A DNA stretch of 57,648 nucleotides from an uncultured Bifidobacteriaceae bacterium (GCA_964456685.1 CAYWCK010000001.1:1-57648), one strand, 5' to 3'. Numbered from the stretch's first letter, positions 18,403-27,797 are shown. A program made the numbers and translations. The notes: a model not told the origin generated them from the letters alone.

Positions 18403-21153
18403 TCACCGATGGGCCACGATTCGATAGAACGCTCCGCCTGCCGGCGGCGCCGTATCGGTGTATTGCGTCGTGGTCAGGTCCCCGGTGAGATCCACCAGGT
18501 TGTTCACGGTCGTGCCGCGTTGGACGCGGTACCTCACTGCGCCCGCGTTCTGCCATTCCAGTTGGAAAGAGTTCCCTACGCGGACAGCCTTGGTAACGGG
18601 GAACGACGGCATGGCAAACGCCTCGTTGTGGAGGATGATCAATCGACCGCCGCCGCCATTCGAGAGGCTGCTGTCGGTGACGACCAGGAAGTCGCCATTG
18701 GGCGCAAATGCCATACCGGGATCGTGGAAATCAATCTGGCGATCCGGACGCAACAAGTCGGTGAGGGGGAATCCGATCTCGCGCACGTCGGCGCCGGTCG
18801 AGGCGTCCACCGACCACAACTCGTCCTTCAGGTCATCCGCCACCCAGATTCGGCCCGTCGTGATATCCGTGGCCAAAGCGGCGCCGGAAGCGGGACCACC
18901 CAAAGGCCATAGGGTGAGTGCGTTGATGTAGCGGAGCGCGCCGCTGCCATTGATCGCCACCAAATAGCCGTCTTCACTCAGCGTCACGACTTCGCCTGAC
19001 GCCGGCAGCGCCGTGATCGCATTGAGGTTGTTCCCGAGATCGGAGCCAGACGGGGCATTCAGGAACAGATTGTAATTGGTCTGGTCAAGAGATGTTGTGG
19101 CCGGATCCACCACATAAGTTGCGTTGGGCGCATCGCCGTCCACACCGCGGTCAGCCACGACGATCCAGCCCGGCTGACCAACACTGCCAGTGAAGTTGAA
19201 AGGTGCCACCGCAACGTCGATGGCATCGTCATCCAAATTGGGGGTTGCGGAAGAACTCACGTCCGCGATGATCGTTTCGGGCACATTGCTCGTCCACGGC
19301 CACTTCAAGCGGGCGAGGGAACGCGTGAAATCATTGTTGAAATCGTGCGTCCACCAGATCGTGCCGTTGGTCTGGATGGCCAGGCCGGAGGGCCGGTCCA
19401 AGCCGCTGACGATGGGAGTCGGATCAATGGCCCAGTTGCCGCTGCCGATTTTCTTCGCTTGGTAGATGCCACCCCCGGCGACATCGGTCGTGAAAAGAAT
19501 CGTGGAGTTATCCCGAGGATCCACCGCCGGCCGGCCCACGGGACCGTTCACGCTGACGATGCTCCAGTTGGTGAAACGCGTGCCGTAGTTCGTAATTCCA
19601 TAAGGTTCACCTAGAGATGCGGGATTCGACACCAGCGATTTGACCTCGATATCATCAATGTAAACCGGCGGATGGTTGGTCCCATTGGAGGTGCTCCATG
19701 CCGCCATGAAGGTAGGACCCCAATTGGCCGCCGAGCCGACGAAGGCGGCCCGATCGACCAGCAATATTGGGTTGGCGCTGCTGGGATTCTTCACAATGGT
19801 GTATCGTCCCTGAGTGTTGTGGGTCGTGAGTCTGTATTCCTCCCAAACATTGGGCGTGTAATCGGCCGTGGTATCCTGCCAGCCGTTCAAGAAATAGATC
19901 AGCGAGGTGCCGTCCACGCAGTTGGTATTGCTTTGCCGGCGAATGCCATGTCCCAAAAGCGCGGAGTCGCCCGCGATGGTGTTGCCACCTTCCGCACCAT
20001 ACAGCGACATGCGGAGGTAAACAGCATCGTCAGTGGGATTGATCTGAACGGCTTCCGGCACCTTGGCCCACCAGGTGACTTGAACATCTGATTGCGGCGG
20101 CACGCCCCAGGCCAGGCTCGCACCCGCGCGTTGTCCGCCTTCAAGCTTGAGGCACTTGCTGCCGGAGTGCGGCGTTACAACGTCCGTGCCCACCACTTGC
20201 ACTTTACCGGGAGCGCGCAGACGGCCCTGACCAGTGCCATCCACTTCGGTCGTAATCCACGGTCCCTGGGGATCGGCGTCATCTGTGGACAAACTCCGCG
20301 CGGGATAATTTTCAAAGCCATCCGTGAAGGTGGTGCTGAGGTCGCGCGAGTCATCCACCGTCAGGCTGATATCGTCCAAAAATACGCTCCCGTCGTCCGC
20401 CGTGTTGCCTTCATTGCGCAAAATGATGTGAGAAATGACTGGAACTTCGCACCGCGAGAGGTCCGCGTTACTGAGCACCGGCGTGACCATATCGTCAATG
20501 TAAAGCGTGAAGGTTTGTGCATTTGGATCGATCACCATGCGGTGATGCTGCCAGACATAATTCAGGTGGTTGGTACCTACCGCAGTGAATGCAGCTGTCC
20601 CAGGCCCCACGGCATCGAAGTAATACAGCGCAGAAGAATTAGTGGCGCGGTCGGTGCGATAGGCGAGGAAATCATCGCCGTTGATGTCGGTGCCCTCGCC
20701 CCGCAGGATGACGTAAAAACTCTGACTGCTGGTGGGCCCGCGGCCAATCCACGCGTTGAAGTCAAATTGATAGCGCGTCCCACTGCGTGCACCGGCGAGA
20801 TATAATTGCGCCTCGCTGCTGGGCCGCAGAAGCAGCGACTTGGTGGCGCCGCCGCTGGCATTGGTGTGCCAATTTACCACTTGCACACCGGCTCCGGCGG
20901 TCGTCGGGAGCAACGCCGTGTCGTCGGTAATGTTCCATTCCGAGCCGACGGGATCGGCGTCCTGGGTATCTCCGTCGCTGGTAGCGACCGTGCCGTAGCT
21001 CTCGAAGTCGTTGGCGTAAATCGTCGCCGTGGCGGCGTGAAGTGGCGACGGTACGAGGCAGACGGCCACCGCCAGAACAGCGGTGAAAGCAGCTGTGATG
21101 CGCGCCAATATGGATGATACCTCGCGAATTTTGCCCTTGGTGGTTGTTTGCAT
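18403..21153 (-). CDS. Large secreted protein (916 aa), unknown function, with beta-propeller-like C-terminal half and a C-terminal 'FYRI' domain
   Basis: Signal peptide is ITAAFTAVLAVAVCLVPSPLHAA. I recognise no catalytic motif. Repeated strand-like segments (GGIYQAKKIGSGNW..., GLAIQTNGTIWWTHD..., GRIWVADD..., GDFLVVTD) suggest a propeller. The protein ends ...GGAFYRIVAHR. Confidence 0.7.
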   Translation of the reverse strand: MQTTTKGKIREVSSILARITAAFTAVLAVAVCLVPSPLHAATATIYANDFESYGTVATSDGDTQDADPVGSEWNITDDTALLPTTAGAGVQVVNWHTNASGGATKSLLLRPSSEAQLYLAGARSGTRYQFDFNAWIGRGPTSSQSFYVILRGEGTDINGDDFLAYRTDRATNSSALYYFDAVGPGTAAFTAVGTNHLNYVWQHHRMVIDPNAQTFTLYIDDMVTPVLSNADLSRCEVPVISHIILRNEGNTADDGSVFLDDISLTVDDSRDLSTTFTDGFENYPARSLSTDDADPQGPWITTEVDGTGQGRLRAPGKVQVVGTDVVTPHSGSKCLKLEGGQRAGASLAWGVPPQSDVQVTWWAKVPEAVQINPTDDAVYLRMSLYGAEGGNTIAGDSALLGHGIRRQSNTNCVDGTSLIYFLNGWQDTTADYTPNVWEEYRLTTHNTQGRYTIVKNPSSANPILLVDRAAFVGSAANWGPTFMAAWSTSNGTNHPPVYIDDIEVKSLVSNPASLGEPYGITNYGTRFTNWSIVSVNGPVGRPAVDPRDNSTILFTTDVAGGGIYQAKKIGSGNWAIDPTPIVSGLDRPSGLAIQTNGTIWWTHDFNNDFTRSLARLKWPWTSNVPETIIADVSSSATPNLDDDAIDVAVAPFNFTGSVGQPGWIVVADRGVDGDAPNATYVVDPATTSLDQTNYNLFLNAPSGSDLGNNLNAITALPASGEVVTLSEDGYLVAINGSGALRYINALTLWPLGGPASGAALATDITTGRIWVADDLKDELWSVDASTGADVREIGFPLTDLLRPDRQIDFHDPGMAFAPNGDFLVVTDSSLSNGGGGRLIILHNEAFAMPSFPVTKAVRVGNSFQLEWQNAGAVRYRVQRGTTVNNLVDLTGDLTTTQYTDTAPPAGGAFYRIVAHR

Positions 21154-21247
21154 AATTGACTGGGTGGTGACTGTACTAATTTTCAGTTTTGCCCCGGCAT
21201 GGAAGCGGCGGCGCTTCTAACTATCTCCGTTCACACATTGGGTTAAT

Positions 21248-21266
21248 TGTGCGTTAACGCACTAGG
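21248..21266. promoter_or_regulatory. Candidate operator, copy b: tGTGCGTTAACGCACtagg
   Basis: A 14-bp perfect palindrome GTGCGTTAACGCAC (21249-21262) lies about 95 bp upstream of the 916-aa gene start (21153) and just downstream of the GntR stop (21288). It fits the general GntR-family operator shape GT-N-AC. Confidence 0.55.
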
Positions 21267-21287
21267 TAACAGGCTGACCAAGGCAAG

Positions 21288-22127
21288 TCAATGTGCTTTC
21301 TGTGATCGAGATGCCGCCGCCTCGCGCTGCGGGTTGGCTTTGGCGGCAAAACGGTACATGTCGCCGCGATAAACCGCATCTTCCATTTCGATGATCAGAT
21401 TCCGGCCGCAGAAAGACGCCCCCTCAACGCGGAAAGCCGGTACCGGGTTGGTCAGGTTAAAATGCTTTAGTTCCTCTTTTTCCAGAATGACGGCACTGAC
21501 CATCTGGTTGATTTCGGTGAGGTGAATGCCGTACTCGCGCTCAAAAACATCATAGAGCGACTGTTCCAAGTTCTTCTTGTGGATGTCGGGACACAAGCCG
21601 AGCGAAAGATAGCGCGTCTCCTTCATCATCGGGATGCCGTCGGCGTAACGGATGCGGACAATCTCACAAATGGGCGCTTTGAGAGTGAACTCGCGCCCAT
21701 TGATGGTCTGGGTGTGGTCGTCGTCGCGGAGATGAAAGCCGATCAACTTGGTCGCCGGCTTGCGGCCCGCTTCCAGCATGTTCTTGGTGAAACCGAAGAT
21801 GCGGTTGATGGTGCGCAGCACTGTGAAGTCGCGGACAAAGGTGCCCTTGCCCTTCATCCGGGTGACCCAGCCTTCTTTTTCCAATTCGTGCAGCGCTTTG
21901 CGGGCGGTGGTGTTGCTGACCCGATACTTCTCGATGATTTCGTTCTCCGAAGCCACGGGCGAGCCGGGCAAAAGCCGGCCGCTCTGAATCTGCGAGACAA
22001 TGTCCCGGGTGATCTGGAAATACTTGGGTGGGCCGTATTTTTCTGATTCCACAGCGCTGGATTGTTCCGTTGGAATTACCGCCACAGATCCACGGTTTGT
22101 CAAGACCGCCACCGGGCCAAGTTGCAT
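21288..22127 (-). CDS. GntR-family transcriptional regulator, HutC subfamily (winged HTH plus UTRA effector domain)
   Basis: HTH region: YFQITRDIVSQIQSGRLLPGSPVASENEIIEKYRVSNTTARKALHELEKEGWVTRMKGKGTFV. The C-terminal half resembles UTRA (ICEIVRIRYADGIPMMKETRYL). The true start may lie downstream of Met1. Confidence 0.85.
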   Translation of the reverse strand: MQLGPVAVLTNRGSVAVIPTEQSSAVESEKYGPPKYFQITRDIVSQIQSGRLLPGSPVASENEIIEKYRVSNTTARKALHELEKEGWVTRMKGKGTFVRDFTVLRTINRIFGFTKNMLEAGRKPATKLIGFHLRDDDHTQTINGREFTLKAPICEIVRIRYADGIPMMKETRYLSLGLCPDIHKKNLEQSLYDVFEREYGIHLTEINQMVSAVILEKEELKHFNLTNPVPAFRVEGASFCGRNLIIEMEDAVYRGDMYRFAAKANPQREAAASRSQKAH

Positions 22128-22175
22128 TTGAATTCGTGCGCCGCCGCTGGGCTGCGTGTGATCAGCGGTTCAGGC

Positions 22176-23075
22176 TCAGGGCAGAATTTTGGATTGCCGC
22201 AGCGCAACCGCCCGCCAGATGATGGAAGTGTTGTTGGTAATGATTCCGTCCACGCCCAAATCCATCAGGCGGTTCGCCTCGGCTTGATCATTGATCGTAT
22301 AAACCCAGATTCGGACACCTTTGCTGTGGGCGTAATCCACGGCTTCCTTCGTCACTTGATTATTCCACCCAATGACGCGCACGCCGCTTTTCAGGGCCAG
22401 ATCCACCCATTCCGGGTTGAGGACTTTCTCGGGCGCGGACAGCTTCTTGCCGTCCTTGCTGGAAAGCGGTCCCAGCGCGCCCAGCACCTGTTTTGCCTCC
22501 AACGCATGGAAATCAGCCAGGTAATTCCAGTCGAATGACTGGACCACCAGTTTGTTGACCAAGCCGCGGGCCTGCAACATCTTCACGCACGTGGCCGCAT
22601 CGCCTTCTTTGCGCTCGATCAAGGTCATGTTCCCGTCCTGAATCAAATCCAATGCTTCCTCTAATGTCGGGACTTTCGTGCCCGCGAATTGCGGATCAAA
22701 CCACTTGCCCGCATCCAACTCCTTCAGTTCCGCCAGCGTCTTGCTGTCGAGCTTGATCTTGCTGCCGCCCCAACGGCTCGTGGCGTCCGTGGTGCGGTCC
22801 AGCGTGCCGTCGTGCATCACCACCAGCTTCCCGTCCTTGGAATGGTAATAGTCCAGTTCAACCAGGTCCGCTCCGGCCTTCTTCGCCAGCTTGAATGAGG
22901 GCAAGGTGTTCTCCGGCGCAATCTCACTGTAGCCGCGATGCGCAATGACGAGCGTCCGAGGAGAGTTCACGAGCTTTTCCGCCGGGGAGCCGCCATCGGC
23001 GGCAGTGGCAGTGGTGAGGGTCATAGCCATAACTCCTCCGAGGAGGAAAAAGCGAATACTTAGTGCGTTAAGCAT
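22176..23075 (-). CDS. Secreted glycerophosphodiester phosphodiesterase (GDPD, GlpQ/UgpQ-like)
   Basis: GDPD motifs are VIAHRGYSEIAPENTLPSF, ELDYYHSKDGKLVVMHDGTLDRTTD and QSFDW. The ORF track start is 23105. I prefer Met11 (ATG at 23075), which gives a signal-like MLNALSIRFFLLGGVMAMTLTTATA. The start is uncertain. Confidence 0.85.
   Translation of the reverse strand: MLNALSIRFFLLGGVMAMTLTTATAADGGSPAEKLVNSPRTLVIAHRGYSEIAPENTLPSFKLAKKAGADLVELDYYHSKDGKLVVMHDGTLDRTTDATSRWGGSKIKLDSKTLAELKELDAGKWFDPQFAGTKVPTLEEALDLIQDGNMTLIERKEGDAATCVKMLQARGLVNKLVVQSFDWNYLADFHALEAKQVLGALGPLSSKDGKKLSAPEKVLNPEWVDLALKSGVRVIGWNNQVTKEAVDYAHSKGVRIWVYTINDQAEANRLMDLGVDGIITNNTSIIWRAVALRQSKILP
23059..23075. promoter_or_regulatory. 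Candidate operator, copy c (one good half-site): cTTAGTGCGTTAAgcat
   Basis: TTAGTGCGTTAA is the reverse complement of the TTAACGCACTAA seen at 14927-14938. The second half is degenerate (AAGCAT instead of AACGCAC). It overlaps the preferred ATG of the GDPD gene. Confidence 0.4.
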
Positions 23076-23142
23076 GGTGCGACTTTGCGACCCGTTGATA
23101 TCCAAGTCAAGAGACGTTTCGTTGCTACCTGCCGGCGCCAGG

Positions 23143-24696
23143 TTATTTGGCCAATGGCTTCATGGTCAGCGGATCGCGCAGCGGCAATTCGGTAAACTTG
23201 CCGCCCGCCAGCTCCGTCAGCTTGATCGGATGATCCGGATGACCTTTCAAGATTTCCTCTTTTTGGCCAACCACAACGATCACCAGTTTTTCCGGTGTCA
23301 GGTACTTTTTGGCCACGCGCTGCACGTCGGCCTTCGACACAGCTGAAATCCGATCGCGAAACTTTTTCCAAAATTCCGGGTCACGGGCGAAGCGTCCCGT
23401 GTATTCATCGTTCGCAAACGTGCCGGCAATCTGGCCTTTGGACGCAAAGTTGCGCGGGAAGCGATCCACATAGCCGCGCTTCGAACTATTCAATTCCTCG
23501 TCCGTCACCGGTTCATTCGCGATACGCTTGATCTCTTCGAGCACAATGGACGTCGCATAAGCAACCGTGCGAGACTTGGATTGGAAGCCCGCTGTGAAAG
23601 TCAGCGGCCAGAATGTCCCCCCGGGAAATGAGGAATACGCCGAATAAGCCAGCCCCTCATCCGAACGGACCCGATTCATGATGCGCGAAGTGAAACCGCC
23701 GCCGCCGAGAATGTCGTTCATGATGATGATGGGGAAGTAATCCGGATTGTCGCGCTTGATGCCCGGCAACATGATCGAGACGCGGCCTTGATTGACATCC
23801 TTGTCCACCAGGTAAACCCCCGCTTCCGCAAAGGTCGGGTTGCTTGGCACGGGCGGCGGTGTTTCGCCTTGGAACGGCCAGTCCGCGAACAATTTCTCCA
23901 GGCGCGCAATCATGTCCGCGCGATCAAAATCGCCGTTCACCGCCACGATAAAGTTGGCCGGCACAAACCACTTTTGATGAAACGCTTCGAGGTCAGCGCG
24001 CGTGATGGTTTCCACCGACGCCGCGGTGGAGTAACGGTTGTTGAAAAAGTTTTCGCCATAGGCCAGGCGGTTTGCTTCGCGGCCCTCGATGGCGGAAGAC
24101 TCATCGTTCCGCTGTTTCATGAACTGGATCATCTGCTTCTTGCGCAGCGTGAGTTTGTCCTCCTGAAAGCGCGGCGTGGTGAGCACCTCGCGCAAGATCG
24201 CGAGGCCTTCATCCAGATCCTTCGACAACAAATTCAGACTCACCCCGCCTTGGGAATCCGCGATGCTGGCATTGAGTTGGGCCGCCAAAAACGCGAGCCG
24301 CTCCTCCAGTTCTTCCGCAGATTTAGATTTGATGCCGCCCCGCGCGAGCAGGTAACCGGTCAGGTTGGCCAAACCCTCCTTGCCGTCCGGATCGAGATAA
24401 TCCCCGGTGCGGACGAGAATGGAAAAATTCACCAGCGGCAGCTCGCGATCCGGCACGACGTAGGCCACGGGGCCGGACTTGAGTTGCACGCGGAATTTTT
24501 CCGGCGCCGGCGATTCGTACGTCAGCGCAGGGAAGGAAAGTTTCTCCGGTCGTTCGGGAATCCCCGCGGTGGTCGTGCCGGTGGCGCCGGGCATGGGCGG
24601 GCAGCAGGTGCCGGTGGGTTTCTTGGCGCAACTGACCGCGCCCGCCAGCAGCAGAGCGATCAGCGAAAAGGCCAGGCGATCGTGTTTAAATTTCAT
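23143..24696 (-). CDS. M16-family (pitrilysin/insulinase-like) peptidase, probably the non-catalytic partner
   Basis: 517 aa with a lipoprotein-like N-terminus ([11 protein letters not shown]). It has the M16 two-domain layout by length and local similarity, but I saw no HxxEH motif. Confidence 0.75.
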   Translation of the reverse strand: MKFKHDRLAFSLIALLLAGAVSCAKKPTGTCCPPMPGATGTTTAGIPERPEKLSFPALTYESPAPEKFRVQLKSGPVAYVVPDRELPLVNFSILVRTGDYLDPDGKEGLANLTGYLLARGGIKSKSAEELEERLAFLAAQLNASIADSQGGVSLNLLSKDLDEGLAILREVLTTPRFQEDKLTLRKKQMIQFMKQRNDESSAIEGREANRLAYGENFFNNRYSTAASVETITRADLEAFHQKWFVPANFIVAVNGDFDRADMIARLEKLFADWPFQGETPPPVPSNPTFAEAGVYLVDKDVNQGRVSIMLPGIKRDNPDYFPIIIMNDILGGGGFTSRIMNRVRSDEGLAYSAYSSFPGGTFWPLTFTAGFQSKSRTVAYATSIVLEEIKRIANEPVTDEELNSSKRGYVDRFPRNFASKGQIAGTFANDEYTGRFARDPEFWKKFRDRISAVSKADVQRVAKKYLTPEKLVIVVVGQKEEILKGHPDHPIKLTELAGGKFTELPLRDPLTMKPLAK

Positions 24697-24718
24697 TGGG
24701 CTAAATAAGTTCTGCCGT

Positions 24719-26293
24719 TTAGTTCGCGGCCGGTGGCGCCGGCTTCGCCGCTGCGGCTTTGCGCGTGTAAACCGCCACAGCGCGATTCTCCTTCGTAAAA
24801 TATTCGCGGGCCACGCGCTTTACATCGGCTGCGGTCACGGCTTGATATTTCGCCGCGGCATCGTTGATTTCCCGCCAGTTGCCGAGCCCGTCGCTGTGAA
24901 TCAGCTGCATCAAGATCGCCATGTTCGAAGAGAGCTTTCGATACTCGCTGGCGGCAAAATTATTTTTCACCTTCTGTAATTCCTCGGCCGGCACTTCGTC
25001 CTTCTGGAGCTTTTCCAGTTCCGCGTAGATCGTCGCTTCCACTTCGTCCAGCTTCACGCCGTCCTTGGCTTCGGCCCCGGCGTTGAACATGCCGGCCCAC
25101 TTCTGGGAGCCCTGCCACGCCCACGCCTCCGTCGCGAGTTCCTTGCCCAGCACGAGTCCTTTGTAAAGCCGCCCCGTACGCGTCGAGAGCAGCTGGCCCA
25201 GGATCGCCAGGGCGTACGAATCCTTGTGGCCGAACGGCACGGTGTGCCAGAGAACGTCCACCATCGGATTCGTCTCTGCCTCGGCGTTCATGCGCTTCTC
25301 CGCGATTTGCTTCACCTCGAGCGTCACCACGTCCGGGGCTTCAGTTTTGCCGCGCGGGATGCGCCCAAAAAATTTCTCCGCCTGGCTCGCGGTCTTTTCG
25401 GGATCGAAATCCCCGACGAGGATCAGCGTTATGTTCTGCGGCGCGTAATAAATTCCGTAGAATTCATCCGCCTGCGCCTTCGTGATCGCCGGAATGTCCG
25501 ACGGCCAGCCGACGGTGGGCCAGTTGTAGGGATGCGATTCCCAGAACATGGCGTTGAAAGTCTCCTCGAATTTTCCCGTGGGCGTGGATTCCGTGCGCAT
25601 CCGCCGCTCTTCGAATACCACGTCGCGCTCGGAATAAAACTCGCGGAAAACGGGGTGCAGCAATCGTTCCGACTCCATCCACATGAACAATTCCAGCTTG
25701 TTGGCCGGCACGTTGATGAAATAAGCCGTCATGTCGTCGGAGGTGAACGCATTCATGCCCGACGCGCCCGCGGTGGTGTAGATGCGGTCAAATTCATTCT
25801 TCACCAGGATCTGCCGTTGCTCCGCCACGAGGGCGGTGAATTTCTTTTCGAGTTCCTGATAACGTGCGGTTTTGTTTTCCGGCTTTTGCAGGTCTTCGAT
25901 TTCCCCCCGCCGATACGCCCCCCGCATCTTCGCCTCCTCCGCCCGCATCGCGTCGCGCAACTTTTCCTGCTCGGCGATGATCTCGAGGTCGCGCTGGTAA
26001 TTCGTGGTGCCGATGGTGGGCGTGCCCTTGAACATCATGTGCTCGAACAGGTGCGCGATGCCGGTGATGCCGGGCCGCTCGTTCGCGCTGCCCACGTGCG
26101 CCACCCAGCCGCCCGCCACGGCGGGATCGTCGTGGCGCGCCACCATGAGCAGCTTCATGCCGTTGGACAGCGACTTTTCCAGCACCGGAACTTGCTGCGC
26201 CCCGAGCGGCAGGACGGCACAGCACAACCCGGCGGCGCCGAGCAGAAATCTAAAACTCAATTTGGCAGGCATAAGCAAAAACCATTTGATCAC
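24719..26293 (-). CDS. M16-family zinc peptidase (catalytic, HxxEH)
   Basis: Signal peptide is [19 protein letters not shown]. The inverted zinc motif is [14 protein letters not shown], with ERxxVxxE downstream ([10 protein letters not shown]). Confidence 0.85.
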   Translation of the reverse strand: MIKWFLLMPAKLSFRFLLGAAGLCCAVLPLGAQQVPVLEKSLSNGMKLLMVARHDDPAVAGGWVAHVGSANERPGITGIAHLFEHMMFKGTPTIGTTNYQRDLEIIAEQEKLRDAMRAEEAKMRGAYRRGEIEDLQKPENKTARYQELEKKFTALVAEQRQILVKNEFDRIYTTAGASGMNAFTSDDMTAYFINVPANKLELFMWMESERLLHPVFREFYSERDVVFEERRMRTESTPTGKFEETFNAMFWESHPYNWPTVGWPSDIPAITKAQADEFYGIYYAPQNITLILVGDFDPEKTASQAEKFFGRIPRGKTEAPDVVTLEVKQIAEKRMNAEAETNPMVDVLWHTVPFGHKDSYALAILGQLLSTRTGRLYKGLVLGKELATEAWAWQGSQKWAGMFNAGAEAKDGVKLDEVEATIYAELEKLQKDEVPAEELQKVKNNFAASEYRKLSSNMAILMQLIHSDGLGNWREINDAAAKYQAVTAADVKRVAREYFTKENRAVAVYTRKAAAAKPAPPAAN

Positions 26294-26420
26294 ACGGGTC
26301 GGACAAAACTAGACGCGCTCCGTTCAAGCGCAAAGGAAAAAGGCCGGCGCGCGGCGCCACGATTTCCTTTGGTCGCCTGCGGGCCCTCGTTTATGCTGGG
26401 TCCGCTCAGGAATCACCACC

Positions 26421-27797
26421 ATGCGTATCCTCAATCTCAATCCCGAAACCGACATCGGCGCCAGTTCGTGGTTTGTGGACCTGGAAGGCCATCACCTGCT
26501 GATGGATTCCGGCATGCATCCCAAGCTCGAGGGCCGGGCCGGCCTTCCGCTCTTCAAGGCCATCCAGAACGAGGACCTCGATGCCATCGCGATTTCCCAT
26601 TGTCACCATGATCATGTCGGCACGTTGCCGGTGGCGCTGCGGTATTTTCCCAAAGCGCACGTGCTTTTGCCGGAGCAAAGTTATTTCATCATCGAGCGCG
26701 TGCTGCACAACTCGGTCAACGTAATGACCCGTCAGCGCACGGAACTCGGGATCAAGGAATATCCGCTCTACACGCACGATGAAGTGGACGACATCGCGCC
26801 CCTCTTTCAAGGCTTCCGGTACAATCGGGAGATTGAATGGGCCTCCTTCCACAAGACGCGCGCCGGTCTCGGCTCGCCGACGCTCGAATTTTTCGACGCC
26901 GGCCACACGCTGGGCTCGGCGGGAATTCTGTTGCGCGGGCGGAAGGAAACTTTGTTCTACACCGGCGACGTTTGTTTCCACGACCAGACCATCCTGCGCG
27001 GCGCGCGTTTCGAGGATGTGCGCGCGGACGTGCTCATCATGGAAACCACCCGCGGCAACCGTGCCACGCCGCGCGGCTTCACGCGCCAGAAGGAAATTGA
27101 ACGCCTCGCCACCGCAATCCAGCGCGCCCTCAAACGCAAAGGTTGCGTGCTCATCCCGTCGTTCGCCTTGGGTCGCACGCAGGAGATCCTCGCCTTGTTG
27201 GCGTTGCTGATGCGCGAAGGGCGGTTGAAGGAACAACCGATCTACATTGGCGGCCTCGGCCGGGTGTTCACGGAAATCTACGACCTCGAAGCGCACCGCA
27301 CGCATCGCCAGCACACCGGCATGCAGTTGCACGAGGAACTGAATCTCGTGGTGTTGGAAAAAGGGCAGGCCGAAAATATGAAACTCAGCGGTGGCCGCAT
27401 CTTTGTGCTCACCTCCGGCATGATGGCGGAGAACACCGCCGCCCACGATCTCGCCATGCGGATGATCGAAGACGAACGCCAGTCCATCTTCTTCGTCGGC
27501 TATGCCGATCCCGAAACGCCGGGCGGACGGCTCAAGGCCAGCAAACCCGGCGAGACGTTCGTCTTCAGCCCGGGCGCCGGCCGCGTCACCCGTCGTTGCG
27601 ACCTCCAGGATTTCGACCTTACCGCGCACGCGCAGCGTGAAGACCTGCTGGATTTCGTCGGTCAGGTGGATCCGCGCGCGGTGTTGCTCGGCCACGGCGA
27701 TGCCAGTTCGCGGAAATGGTTCGAGGAGCAAATCCGCGCCCGGCATCCCAAAATCAAAATCATCCAGCCGCAGCCGGGCAAAGCGGTGGACGTTTGA
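26421..27797 (+). CDS. Metallo-beta-lactamase-fold nuclease of the beta-CASP family
   Basis: MBL motif ISHCHHDHVG, with FFDAGHTLGSAG downstream. The beta-CASP-like region is LIMETTRG...IPSFALGRTQEIL...LTSGMM..., followed by HAQREDL and LLGHGD. Confidence 0.8.
   Translation: MRILNLNPETDIGASSWFVDLEGHHLLMDSGMHPKLEGRAGLPLFKAIQNEDLDAIAISHCHHDHVGTLPVALRYFPKAHVLLPEQSYFIIERVLHNSVNVMTRQRTELGIKEYPLYTHDEVDDIAPLFQGFRYNREIEWASFHKTRAGLGSPTLEFFDAGHTLGSAGILLRGRKETLFYTGDVCFHDQTILRGARFEDVRADVLIMETTRGNRATPRGFTRQKEIERLATAIQRALKRKGCVLIPSFALGRTQEILALLALLMREGRLKEQPIYIGGLGRVFTEIYDLEAHRTHRQHTGMQLHEELNLVVLEKGQAENMKLSGGRIFVLTSGMMAENTAAHDLAMRMIEDERQSIFFVGYADPETPGGRLKASKPGETFVFSPGAGRVTRRCDLQDFDLTAHAQREDLLDFVGQVDPRAVLLGHGDASSRKWFEEQIRARHPKIKIIQPQPGKAVDV

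Noticed and set aside
17569-18912. A 447-aa ORF on the plus strand
   Set aside because: It is antisense to the DUF1559 gene and to the 3' end of the 916-aa gene. It is Arg/Gly/His-rich with no motifs.
25226-26611. A 461-aa ORF on the plus strand
   Set aside because: It is antisense to the catalytic M16 peptidase (HxxEH motif present on the other strand). It is a shadow ORF.
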